Below are positions 42,680 through 53,514 of a stretch of DNA of 64,000 nt, piece after piece. The translations under genes and the position numbers were made by a program. Source of the DNA: Schizochytrium sp. TIO01 (Eukaryota; Protista; Bigyra: Labyrinthulomycetes); the NCBI GenBank assembly GCA_004764695.1, contig SMSO01000035.1:1488001-1552000 (forward strand), in the 5' to 3' direction. The notes under the pieces are model-generated. The model was not told the origin of the DNA and made no database searches. It saw only the letters and a list, made by a program, of their open reading frames with translations. The stretch's first letter is position 1. Every line of letters starts with the position of its first letter.

Positions 42680-45679
42680 TCAATGGAATGAAGGAATGAA
42701 TGAATGGCACCAACGAAAAGAGGAAAAGAGCGCAGACAGACTGATACCTAAGATTCCTTCCGCCTCCTTCTCGCCTTGGAGTTGGAGTTCGAGTTGGAGT
42801 TGGCTCGGGCCGCTCTTCGCAGGCTGAGGCTGCGACTAGGAGGGTACGAGCCGCGCTACAGAGCAGGACAGCGCTTCTTTCAATAAATGAAGAAACAAAT
42901 CAATCAAACAAACAAACAAAGAAACAAATAAAGAAACAAATCAATCAATCACCACACAGCAGCACTTAGCACCTTAAGGTAGTCAGTCGTATTTAAATAG
43001 CTTCACTTTACCCAAGTTTGCGTGTCGTCCTTTTCCTGTTTTTTATTATTTAAGTAAAAATTAAAAATTGAACAGTAATTAGATATGATATACGGGTAGG
43101 CACGCATGGCATATTTAAATTAAAAACTTAACTAATACAAAAAACAAAAAAGATAAGAATTGTCAACTTGAAGGTGAAAGGAAAATGAAAGCAAACATAA
43201 GGAAAAGATGCAGGAGCAGGTACTTCTTCTACCTGCGGCGCCCTCTACGGTCAGTGCCCAACGGGAAGAAGGTACTGGAACTCTTGAGCTGAGGCATACA
43301 GAGTGAGAGGGAGAGAATGCCTCCTCTGCGTCGCGCATGATAACAGGAATTCATTCATTCGTTCTTCTTCAAGCTGCCTTCAAAGTTCTCCGCGTTCTTT
43401 CTCCCTCCTTTCTCGTTCTTTTCCTCGCTCCAGAAGCTCTCTCTCTCTCTCTCTATCTCTCTTACAGTCCCCGACAGACTGTGAGACTGACCGACTGACT
43501 GACTACTGACTGACTACTGACTCTCAAGCAAACCATAGCCATGGTAACTAACTAACTTCATGCACTTGGAAATGGGTGGCTCTGCGAAATGGGTGGTGGC
43601 CGGGGAAGCGCTTTGAGAACCTTGGGAACGTTGAGAACAGATGCAAACACCCTGCATTCTCATCTCGTTCGAGCAATCGGAAGTTCACTGTTTTCCTCGT
43701 TGGTGCCTCATTCGCGTGGATGGTTCATGACTGATCGATCGATCGATCGATCGATCGACTCACTGACTGATCCAATGAAAGCGTCGGATCTACGCGCCGC
43801 CAGAGAGTGTGTGTGCGAGTGTGTCTGTGGTGGGCACCTGCTCTCTATCTTTGTACCCTCGCGAGAGCGGCGCGTAACCACCACCATTGTAAGCCGCGGG
43901 TTATGCGGATCTTTCAAGTTTCCTCTTTCAACATTCAGTCACTCACTCACATCAATCCGCCGTTCTCCACGAGACCTTCCACTCCTAGCCAGTTAGCTAG
44001 CTGTCTAGCTAGCAGTGATAGCAGCAGCAGCATCTTCAGAATCTCACGGTGCTCGCTATTCGTGCCGTCTTCTACACTTAGTTAGTTCGCTTTGCTTCGC
44101 TTTGCTTCGCTTTGCTTCGCTTTGGTTTACGTTGCTTCGTCTTACAGATTAGCAGCGATCGATTGAACAGTAGCAACGGAGTGCTTATGAGATGCCCTTG
44201 GAGGAGATCGCAAAAGAAAGATAGTCTTCTTTGCTTGTTTTGGTGAGCAGTACACGTGTGTTCTAGTTTGAAAAGCAAAGCAGCTTTAAATGGAACAGCC
44301 ATTGGAAACAAGTCCGCGATGAAGAAGAGATAGCTAGCGGGAAGAGGGCGAACGTTAAAGTCCCTAAGTCGATTCCATTTCGGAAAAGAAAAGCAGATGC
44401 AGCGGAGTACCTACCTGTAGAGACGCCTCGAAAAGCGTCGAAAGCTCCGGCGATAGTCTGTCTGCCGATCGCCAGCACCGCGCAAGGCTCGGCTTCACAG
44501 CACCTCCGAGGAGTCCTCGCTCTCGTGCCTCCGGAAAGGGAGTTAAGAAAAACAACCACAAAGAAATCAAAACCATTGCAACGAGTTATTGCACAAATCG
44601 ATCATTTAATTCATTCATTCATTCATTCATTGCGTGAGTAAAGAAGCAGCGTTCTTTTCACCACCGCCGGCGTTCTCTTCTCTCGCCACCCAAACTCAGC
44701 TCAGCTTAAGCTGTGAGCGTCGTCGGCGTTCTCTCCGTTCCAAAGCAGCCACTTCTCCACGATACGATGGGAACCTGATTTCCCAGAATCCGTTTCTCGC
44801 CAACTCTGAGAGAACGAGCCGAGCCGGTCATGTCCCGAAGCGCCGCCTCGGCTAGCTGGATAGCTAGCTGGCTAGCTAGCTAGCTCTGGGGAGGGACGTA
44901 GGATTCTGTGCAGCTGTGCGAGCCTCAGCGATCGTATCGTAGCTTCAAGCTCTTGCTTGCCTTTGGCCTATCCACTCGTTCTCCAGCAAGATTATGATGA
45001 TAACGCGTTATTTATTTCCTCATTGATTCATTGATTCATTGATTCATTGATTCATTCAATATGGATATATTTATCTATCTCTTCCCCGACGTTCTTAAAC
45101 TGTGATGTTCCGTTCTCAAACCTCCTCCCGTTCCCGTTCTCCTGACAAGCAGCTCTTAGGCGGCCTTAGTGTTCCTTCTTCGCTTGGGCTGGCTGTTCTT
45201 TCAAGAGTAGATTTCTTTTGAGCAACAGTGAAAGGAGCCTTTCGAAGAAATTACTCATAAAAAGGGAGAAAGGATTCGTGAGTTAAATAGATAGTTAGAA
45301 AGATAGATAGATTTGTGAGTGTTGGAGTAAGTTTGTTTTTGTGGAAAGTCAATTTATCAATTTTATGAAGAAAAAGGTAGAAATTGAGTGATTCGGGTTT
45401 CGGGTCACCTTCGTTGTGGATTGCGTCCAGCCATTACAAAGCGACGAAGGGAGCAGGAGTGGATTCGGAAGGCCCCAAATGGATGGCACGAGCGAGCTCC
45501 TTCCTTCCTCTCGCGCCGCACTCTCTCCCTCCCTCCCTCCTCTCTCTCGCGCGCGAGTCTCGCTCACTCTCCTTTGAGCAACAAGCAGCCTCGGCAGCGA
45601 ATGAATGAGAGTCCTCCTTCGCTTCTTTCTCGATTCAACTCGAAGAATGAATGATTTTCATTGCTCGCTTGTTGGCAAA

Positions 45680-45716
<37 letters not shown>

Positions 45717-46900
45717 ATTTCATTCATTCATTCATTCATTCATTATTATTGTTCCATTCATGGATTGGCAATTACTTGGTTAGCTAGCTAGCTAGCTAGT
45801 GAGTGAGTTAGTGGGTTTTAGTAGTGCTAACGGATGGCGGCAAAGACCTCGTCAAAAAAAAATCAAGAAAGCAAGATGAAGAAGGGCCTGTGATTCAAGA
45901 CCCGCGTTCTGTCTCGCTTACTGCGTGGAGTGCGGAGCTCCGACGCGCTTGAAATTGGCCAAAAGCTGCACTTCGCGCCACCCTCTGCGCCCCGAAGGTG
46001 GCTTTGGGCCGGAGCACTAAGTTTAGCGCACTGTAAAAAGGCGCGAAACTTTGTTGGAGAAGCCAATTAATTAATCCTTTCGACGAAAACTAAAGAAGAA
46101 GAAAGAAATCAAGTTTCCGCCCTATAAAATCTCCCTTCTTCACACTTCCTTCATTTTGTAGTTAGATGATAGGCTGCGAAAGGACTAAAGGCGAAAGGCG
46201 TAGGGACCACATAGGCGCGCTAGGGCGGAGGGAAAGATACAAATGGCCTCAGAAAGGAAGAAGAAGAGGCCTCGCGGAGGAAGGATGCTGAAGCAGGAAA
46301 GATACAGCGAAAGAGAAATCCTGTATCTTCCACAGTGGATGGACACCTTCGAGGCCTGCGTAAGTCCACATCACTCGCTATTCAATCATTGAATTGGTCA
46401 TTTAATTCAAGCATTTAATTCAATCATGTCTTCATGCAATCCACCGTCCAACAACAGAGCGCATAGAAGATGTTATCCAGGTAAGGCTGCAATAATACGC
46501 AGTTTGAGTTTTCTATTTTTTTAAATAAGTTTAAAACTTAAAATTTCATACTTATGCATGCTATTCAAAATAAGATTGTATCAATCCTAAAGTATTCTTC
46601 TTCTCGTTCTTCTTCTAATCGGAACAGAGACAACTTTGGTGGGTTTGCGGGCCTTTGAGAGAAAGAAAGAAAACTCTCGAAAGAAACCAGGCTTCCGAGG
46701 CCGACTTGCGCAGCTCTGGATTGAGGTTCCTTCGATCGCTCGCTTCACCTTCCTGGCCCGCGCATGCCTCGCTCTGGGTACACAGCTGAGTGAGTGAGCG
46801 AAAGATGAGCGAATGAATGCAATATTTTTCTATTTTCTATTCATTTAACTGCACTTCATTAATTGATTATTGATTGATTGATTGATTGATTGATTAATGA
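42680..46900. repeat. cluster of diverse short microsatellites (AAAC, CT, GACT, GATC, TTCGCTTTGC, GCTA, TTCATTGA, AAAT, TTCA, ATTG)
   Basis: Many separate 20-80 nt arrays, e.g. near 43440, 43735, 44090, 44860, 45025, 45680, 45720 and 46870. Confidence 0.85.
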
Positions 46901-47479
46901 CTCTCGCTTCTGAGAATACATCTGTTCTCATCTTCAGAATGGAAGGATGAGAAATGAAAAGAATTCGATCACTTTCCCGCCTTCTTGCTAGCTCATGCCT
47001 TTCCCGCCAAAAAGAAAAAAGAGGAAAGCAAGCACCCCGAAGAAAAGAAAGAAATCACCCAAACACCCTCCTCCTTCCTCGTCCACAGACAGCTCAGAAT
47101 AATAAAAGCAATCTTTCCATCGCTCTTGACCTAACTCTCTTTCTGCTCCTGTAAATTCATCTAACAAATGTTTAGTCTCAGAAACCCATCTGCCTCATAC
47201 TCCTACTTACTACCTTCCTTACTTGAAAGCAGGCAGGCTCACGGCCAGCTTGGCAGATAGGATAGTTCTCATATCTATTGCTGATCGTTCCCGTTTCTTT
47301 CTCAAAGCAAAGTCTTTTCTTTTCTTTTCTTTTCTTTCCAGGCCCTCCACGTTTTCAGAAGTAGTACATTTTCTACTTAGTAATTAGAAAGCTTAGTACT
47401 CTTTGCTTTTCTGGATTCTGAAGACTTGGAAATAGAAAGAAATTAAAAATCTTTTTCTTCTTTCTTTCAGCCTTTGCTG

Positions 47480-47928
47480 GACTCCCTCGCACGCCTCCTT
47501 CTTCCCCAGCCATCCATCAGCGGGCACTCCACCCGCGCTTCAACGCTCGCTCGAGTGCGTGCTTATTTGCCTTCAACGCGGCGCGGCGGTTAATATAGTC
47601 CCAGCACTCCTTAAGGGGGGCATCGCAGGGATTATCTTTTCAAAAACTGTCACGGAGTTACATCTTCCCTCGCATCAAAGTGTTCCCGGCCGCGTCGCAC
47701 ATCTCAGTTTTATAACCTACACCCCTGGTGGGGTAGGGGCGAATTCTATGTACACAGCACCTCAGAACTTGCGCGCGTTCCGCGACAAATGAGGGGTGTG
47801 GCGGCGCATTCGGCCGCATCGCCACATTCAGATATCTAACATACCCCCCCTTCGCGATGAGTGGCAGGCGAGGCGGATTCGCTCGCGAGAGGCGAGGTGC
47901 CACAGCAGACCAGTAACGAGGAGCCAAG
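47480..47928 (+). promoter_or_regulatory. GC-rich EF-1alpha proximal promoter and first non-coding exon
   Basis: GC/CpG-rich island immediately upstream of the predicted leader-intron donor; boundaries are approximate. Confidence 0.45.
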
Positions 47929-48430
47929 GTAGGTGACCACCGACGACTACGACCACGACCACAGCCACGGCGGCTGCAGCCACGGGACGCCTCGCATGGC
48001 AGCGCAGCAGCACCAGCAACGACAGCTGCAAGGAGCGCAGGGCCGATCTGGACGCGCCGGAGCCGCACGACCAATGCCGACGCAACGCTGATTCTTCTGG
48101 ATTCCCTCTATACATGCATATATATGCAGAGAAGCGGATGAGATGGCCTGCGAATAAATGAATGGCTTGGAGTTTGCTTGCTTGCCGTATGCTCGAAAGT
48201 GCGTGTGCAGACACAGGCACGACTGAGAGGACAACAGTCTGTGCTTACCTCACCAGCACATTCTTGCAACGCCATACGAAGCACGCGAAATTTTGTGGCT
48301 CAGAGCAAAAGGCATTCCGTGGTACGGGAACGTGGGGAACGCTATCAATTTGGAATTCAAAATGAGTGAACCAGACAACTAACTGTGACTTGAACTGTTG
48401 CTCCACGCATCAAAACCAAACCCTTAACAG
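47929..48430 (+). other. putative 5'-UTR intron of EF-1alpha
   Basis: CAAG/GTAGGT donor at 47929, ACTAAC branch-like motif near 48377, TTAACAG acceptor ending at 48430, 36 nt before the ATG. Confidence 0.7.
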
Positions 48431-48466
48431 AAGTAGACCAGTTCGAAGCTACTAGCACCAAACAAA

Positions 48467-49771
48467 ATGGGCAAGACGAAGGAGCACGTCAACCTTGTCG
48501 TCATCGGCCACGTCGATGCCGGCAAGTCCACCACCACCGGCCACTTGATCTACAAGTGCGGTGGTATCGACAAGCGTACCATCGAGAAGTTCGAGAAGGA
48601 GGCCGCCGAGCTCGGTAAGGGTTCCTTCAAGTACGCATGGGTTCTTGACAAGCTCAAGGCCGAGCGTGAGCGTGGTATCACCATCGATATCGCCCTCTGG
48701 AAGTTCGAGTCCCCCAAGTTCGACTTCACCGTCATCGATGCCCCCGGTCACCGTGATTTCATCAAGAACATGATTACCGGTACCTCCCAGGCCGATGTTG
48801 CCGTTCTCGTCATTGACTCTTCCCAGGGTGGTTTCGAGGCCGGTATCGCCAAGGATGGCCAGACCCGTGAGCACGCTCTCCTCGCCTTCACCCTCGGTAT
48901 CCAGCAGATCATCGTCGCCGTCAACAAGATGGACGACAAGACCACCATGTACTCTGAGGCCCGCTTCAACGAGATCGTCAACGAGGTTTCCGCCTACCTC
49001 GCCAAGGTCGGCTTCAAGCCCAAGAAGATCAAGTTCGTCCCCATCTCCGGCTGGGCTGGTGACAACATGATCGAGAAGTCCTCCAACATGCCCTGGTACA
49101 AGGGCCCCTACCTTCTCGAGGCCCTCGACAACATCAAGCCCCCCAAGCGCCCCATCGACAAGCCTCTCCGTCTTCCCCTCCAGGATGTGTACAAGATCGG
49201 TGGTATCGGAACGGTCCCCGTCGGCCGTGTCGAGACCGGTGTCATCAAGCCCGGTATGACCGCCTACTTTGCCCCCACCGGTGTGCAGACTGAGGTCAAG
49301 TCCGTCGAGATGCACCACGAGTCCATCCCCGAGGCCACCCCCGGTGACAACGTTGGCTTCAACGTCAAGAACGTTTCCGTCAAGGACATCAAGCGCGGTA
49401 ACGTCTGTGGTGATGCCAAGAACGACCCTCCCCGTGGCGCCAACTCCTTCCTCGCCCAGGTTATCGTCATGGGCCACCCCGGTGAGATCCGCGCTGGCTA
49501 CGCACCAGTCCTCGATTGCCACACCGCCCACATTGCCTGCAAGTTCGCCGAGATCCAGAACAAGATGGACCGTCGTTCCGGTAAGATCCTTGAGGATGCC
49601 CCCAAGTTCATCAAGTCCGGTGACTCCGCCATGGTCAAGATGATCCCCTCCAAGAAGATGTGCGTTGAGTCCTTCACTGAGTACCCTCCCCTCGGCCGCT
49701 TCGCCGTCCGTGACATGCGTGTCACCGTCGCCGTCGGTGTCATCAAGGAGGTTGAGAAGGGTGACAAGTAA
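48467..49771 (+). CDS. TEF1: translation elongation factor 1-alpha
   Basis: [43 protein letters not shown]; extreme C-ending codon bias; lacks the opisthokont-specific insertion after PWYKG. Confidence 0.99.
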   Translation: MGKTKEHVNLVVIGHVDAGKSTTTGHLIYKCGGIDKRTIEKFEKEAAELGKGSFKYAWVLDKLKAERERGITIDIALWKFESPKFDFTVIDAPGHRDFIKNMITGTSQADVAVLVIDSSQGGFEAGIAKDGQTREHALLAFTLGIQQIIVAVNKMDDKTTMYSEARFNEIVNEVSAYLAKVGFKPKKIKFVPISGWAGDNMIEKSSNMPWYKGPYLLEALDNIKPPKRPIDKPLRLPLQDVYKIGGIGTVPVGRVETGVIKPGMTAYFAPTGVQTEVKSVEMHHESIPEATPGDNVGFNVKNVSVKDIKRGNVCGDAKNDPPRGANSFLAQVIVMGHPGEIRAGYAPVLDCHTAHIACKFAEIQNKMDRRSGKILEDAPKFIKSGDSAMVKMIPSKKMCVESFTEYPPLGRFAVRDMRVTVAVGVIKEVEKGDK

Positions 49772-50752
49772 GTGGTTTGACCTCTTATACTTGATCGAAA
49801 TACTACCTACACTTAACCTTTTTTGCGATTTTATCGTGATTACTTTGCTTTTTCTTGATTCGTTTCTATTCTTCCAAAGTTGTGTCGACCTGTCGTATTG
49901 TGTTGATTATTCCGCAGGCTGGTTGTATCTTGTTATCATATTTTTCTTGAAAGTCGTTGAAGTCCGTGGTTTTGCCATTTTCTATGGAGGTGTTTTGTTA
50001 TGAAGCTAGGATGTGAGTTTCTTGTTTTGTAGTGTTGTCTTGAAAGAGTTAATCTTTTAATTTTAGTATGTTTTAGAGATTGATTCAGCATGGATATTCA
50101 GGATAGTGTACTTGATGGTACAATCGTTGTTAATGGTTCGTCGTCTGTTTTTATAATCTAAAGATTTGACATTTCGGAAAAGGTCACAACAGATTGAGTC
50201 CCCCGATTTTGGAGTGGTTGTTGGAGATTTTGGCATTTTTAGATGATTTTTTTTCTGTGTTCTGCTACGCTGTTGCATACACTTGCTTATGTTTAAGATT
50301 GATGCTTGTAAGATACCAGGGTTGATTGAGATAGCTCTAGATGTTTATTTATGGTATTGGGTATTGTGAACTACGAAATCATTGATGTTTGAGACTTTTA
50401 AAAATATACTAACGTTTCTACTGTAAAACATGATGGTTATAGGTCTCTAAGAAAATAGGTTTATGGTATGTTAAGCGATGGATAAAATTTGTTTAAGAGG
50501 AAAGTATTCGATATCGCAACTGTTTCGATCAACGATGGGCAAAGAATCTATTCGCTAAATCAAAAACCTATCCTGTCTGTCGTTGGCGTGCGACCAAGAA
50601 GCACGGGTTCGGCAGCAGGTACTGTTTGGAGCTCGAGAAGAGCTTAGTAAACGCTGAGGTGCCTCCATCGTGGGAGCCATCAGAGAGATTTCTGCTGCTT
50701 CACTTTCGTTGGAAAGTGGAGTGAACCATCTGTTCGATACCTGGACCACAAC

Positions 50753-50944
50753 GTGAGTTGGGAAACAGTCTTGCTGTGAGGCAGTTTGCAGCCGCTTAGA
50801 TTTTTTAGATTTTGGTAAAGTTCGAAGAGGACATTTGACTGGTTTTGTCTCATAGCTTGTTTTCTTTACAGAACAACACTTATCATTGATTTAAAGCGGT
50901 GCGAACGAATTTCAATTGATTCGCTGCATTCTATTTCATAACAG
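50753..50944 (+). other. putative 5'-UTR intron of the sulfotransferase gene
   Basis: GTGAGT donor at 50753; TTTCATAACAG acceptor ending at 50944, 5 nt before the ATG. Confidence 0.6.
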
Positions 50945-50949
50945 TTAAA

Positions 50950-52254
50950 ATGGGTAGCGACAATAACCGATCGCGGGTAGAAAACCTGCCAATGCCTGTG
51001 AAGATTGCTTTGGCAGTGTGCAGTTTGCTGCTCGTTATTCTTGGCTTAAACCAGCTCAGCAGTAGCGATGCAGAGATAAGCAATGTTCTTGGGCGCAACA
51101 GTGACGGTATCTCTGCTGACTCTGGAATGGAGGTTGATGTCAACCCCACTGATCCAATTAGCTTTGTGTCTGGTGGATTGCCTGTTTACCCTCAGTCAAA
51201 GTCATCAGTCTCTGGATTTGTGCCTGGAAAGTCGCAATACACTTGGGATCAAGTTCATGAGATTAACCGCAAGGTTGACGAGCTTGCTCAGGATATCATT
51301 CGCCGTATCCAAGCTGGCCCGCCCAATTGCTTGCCCGAAATTTGTACTCAGGACTACAAGTTCCGTGATGTGACCAAGACTAAGGGCGTTAAGGTTGGTC
51401 TTACTTCTATTCCGGGTTCAGGCAACACTTGGATCCGCAGTGTTATTCGTGCAGGTACCCGGATCTATACTGGATCTGTCTACACTGATGGTGACATTAA
51501 ACGCAAGGGATTTAAGGGTGAGGCACTCGATCCTAAGGACCCGCAAACTGCCGTTGTGAAGTCTCACCATGGCTTCCACTACAGACACCCAATCTGGAAA
51601 TTCTGTGATGGTAACATCCACATTGTTCGATCCCCCTTTGATGCCTTTCTCGCCGAGTGTAACCGTCATGGAGGTGGACACACTGGTTCCCTTGAGCGCG
51701 AGGAACTTGTTCGTAAGTGCACCCGGTTCGCATCTCACAAGATCGGCCGTATCAAGAATATGTATGATGTTTGGGAGAAGGAGTCTCAGAACGAGCTCAA
51801 AACACGTGCTGGCCCCACTGTTCGTGTTCACTTGCAAGAGGACCACGGCATGCCAGTCGCTACTATCTTTTATGAAGATGTGGAACGTGACTTCACTCGC
51901 GCAACTGCATACATGCTTGCTTTTCTGCAGGTATTCAATGAAGGCGAGCCGGACTATCCTGACGCGTACGAAGGTCTTATCTGTGCCCTTCGGGAGGGCC
52001 AACAGCAGGAGAAGTTCCACCGCAACTCTACCGAGGCCCCTCCTTCTGAAATTTTTCTCACTCCTGATGGCAAGCCTAACGAGATTTCTGTGGCTCTTTG
52101 CAAGGCTACCCAAAACATTTGGAATGAAGGCAAGTGGGGCCCTTGCAATGGTCACTTCCAGAAGGAGCGCAGAGATGTTGTCAAGCATAAGCGCATGCAT
52201 GATATCCCGGAAAATGTTTGCCAAGCTGGTGAGAACCCGGATCCCACCGTGTAA
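50950..52254 (+). CDS. type II membrane sulfotransferase-like protein (WSCD-type catalytic domain)
   Basis: N-terminal signal anchor; LTSIPGSGNTWIR (PAPS 5'-phosphosulfate loop), YTGSVYTD, VVKSHH, IVRSPFDAFLAE (3'-phosphate binding), FYED. Confidence 0.82.
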   Translation: MGSDNNRSRVENLPMPVKIALAVCSLLLVILGLNQLSSSDAEISNVLGRNSDGISADSGMEVDVNPTDPISFVSGGLPVYPQSKSSVSGFVPGKSQYTWDQVHEINRKVDELAQDIIRRIQAGPPNCLPEICTQDYKFRDVTKTKGVKVGLTSIPGSGNTWIRSVIRAGTRIYTGSVYTDGDIKRKGFKGEALDPKDPQTAVVKSHHGFHYRHPIWKFCDGNIHIVRSPFDAFLAECNRHGGGHTGSLEREELVRKCTRFASHKIGRIKNMYDVWEKESQNELKTRAGPTVRVHLQEDHGMPVATIFYEDVERDFTRATAYMLAFLQVFNEGEPDYPDAYEGLICALREGQQQEKFHRNSTEAPPSEIFLTPDGKPNEISVALCKATQNIWNEGKWGPCNGHFQKERRDVVKHKRMHDIPENVCQAGENPDPTV

Positions 52255-53514
52255 TTCTCTTGCCTGTTCGCCACCACCAACTCTCGTCGATTTAAAGAAC
52301 CATGGTAAATTAAAATAACACTGGTACACGCATAGCCGTTTAAACATATATAAACTCGAAACAATCAAACTTGCCTCTGCGTTTTCTACTCACCATACAC
52401 AATTATATCCAATGATTTATTCTGGCTAAATTAGTCAAAGGCGTTCAAGTAATGCCAGGCTGTTTTGTATCTTTGTGTAATAAATATCTCAAGTCATCTT
52501 CTACTTAAGTTCAATTTCTTTTAGCTTCAGTACTATAAATTTAATTCCTGCTGCGAGGTTTGAGGTGATTAGATTAGTGATTGAGAATTAAGTAATTTAG
52601 TATTGCAAATGAAGTGAAAAATGTCCATCTAGCTGTGAAGATCAGAACAACAGATTATACATGTAGTAGGCCTTAGCTTTTGGAATGCCTTACTGCCAAG
52701 GATCCAAATCGTTGAACAAAAATAAATAAATAATAATAATAATAAATTATATAATTTATTTTTTTTGTCTTAATACGTATAGAGCCTCTATATATTATAG
52801 GTCTACTCATTAGTTTCTCAACACCATAGTATATTTGTGGTCAGGTACCTATGTAGTGCTGGTATTACCGTAACTAAGAATACAATACAATCAGGAAGAA
52901 AGAGAAGAACTTTGAGTAAGTAAGAACCTCATAATTAACAAGTAAGATTGGACACAACCTTTAAGTCCCCATATTCTCTTCTTATGGCCGTTACGGTAAA
53001 ACAAAATAGCTAGCTTTGTCCCTCCCAGCGATGCATCCCAGGTTGCACGATACATAGTACAAGAGAAATACCTGTAATTAGTCGCGAGGCGATGGCACAC
53101 AGACCATGGGGATAGTTTATAACATACACTAATACTTCACCTGTCCCTCTTGGTATAGAATGTCTTGGAAACATCCTTGATATTTATGGATGGAATAATA
53201 AAGCAATTTTCCTTTGAGACACAATGCTGAAAAAGAAACCGAAGGGAGGGAGAGAGGGATAGTGTACGCTTCTATTAGGGGAATAGGGTGGCCATATAGA
53301 AACCTCTTTCTTCCCCTCTTTTGAAGTAGCACGCATATAGCACGAAAAAGGGTTTAATTCCATTTTTTATTTTTTTGCAATCGTTTAGGCTGAGGTCAGG
53401 GTGACAATACCCTTTCGAAGAGAAAAGTTGACAGTCATAAGCACATACGGTCTGGCAGCCTGCAATATCGCTGCCGCACTGTCTGTGCACAAGCCAATTG
53501 GTGCTTGGAACACT

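Noticed and set aside
44267-44641. 124-codon stop-free + frame after a TAG acceptor, possibly spliced to ATG/GTAACT at 43541
   Set aside because: No recognisable domain, it runs into a TTCA microsatellite, and a frame of this length is expected by chance in 10 kb across six frames.
48452-49531. 359-aa antisense ORF over EF-1alpha
   Set aside because: Expected artefact of strong codon bias (few TTA/CTA/TCA codons on the sense strand).
51418-52368. 316-aa antisense and 249-aa alternate-frame ORFs over the sulfotransferase
   Set aside because: No motifs and composition typical of shadow frames; explained by codon bias.
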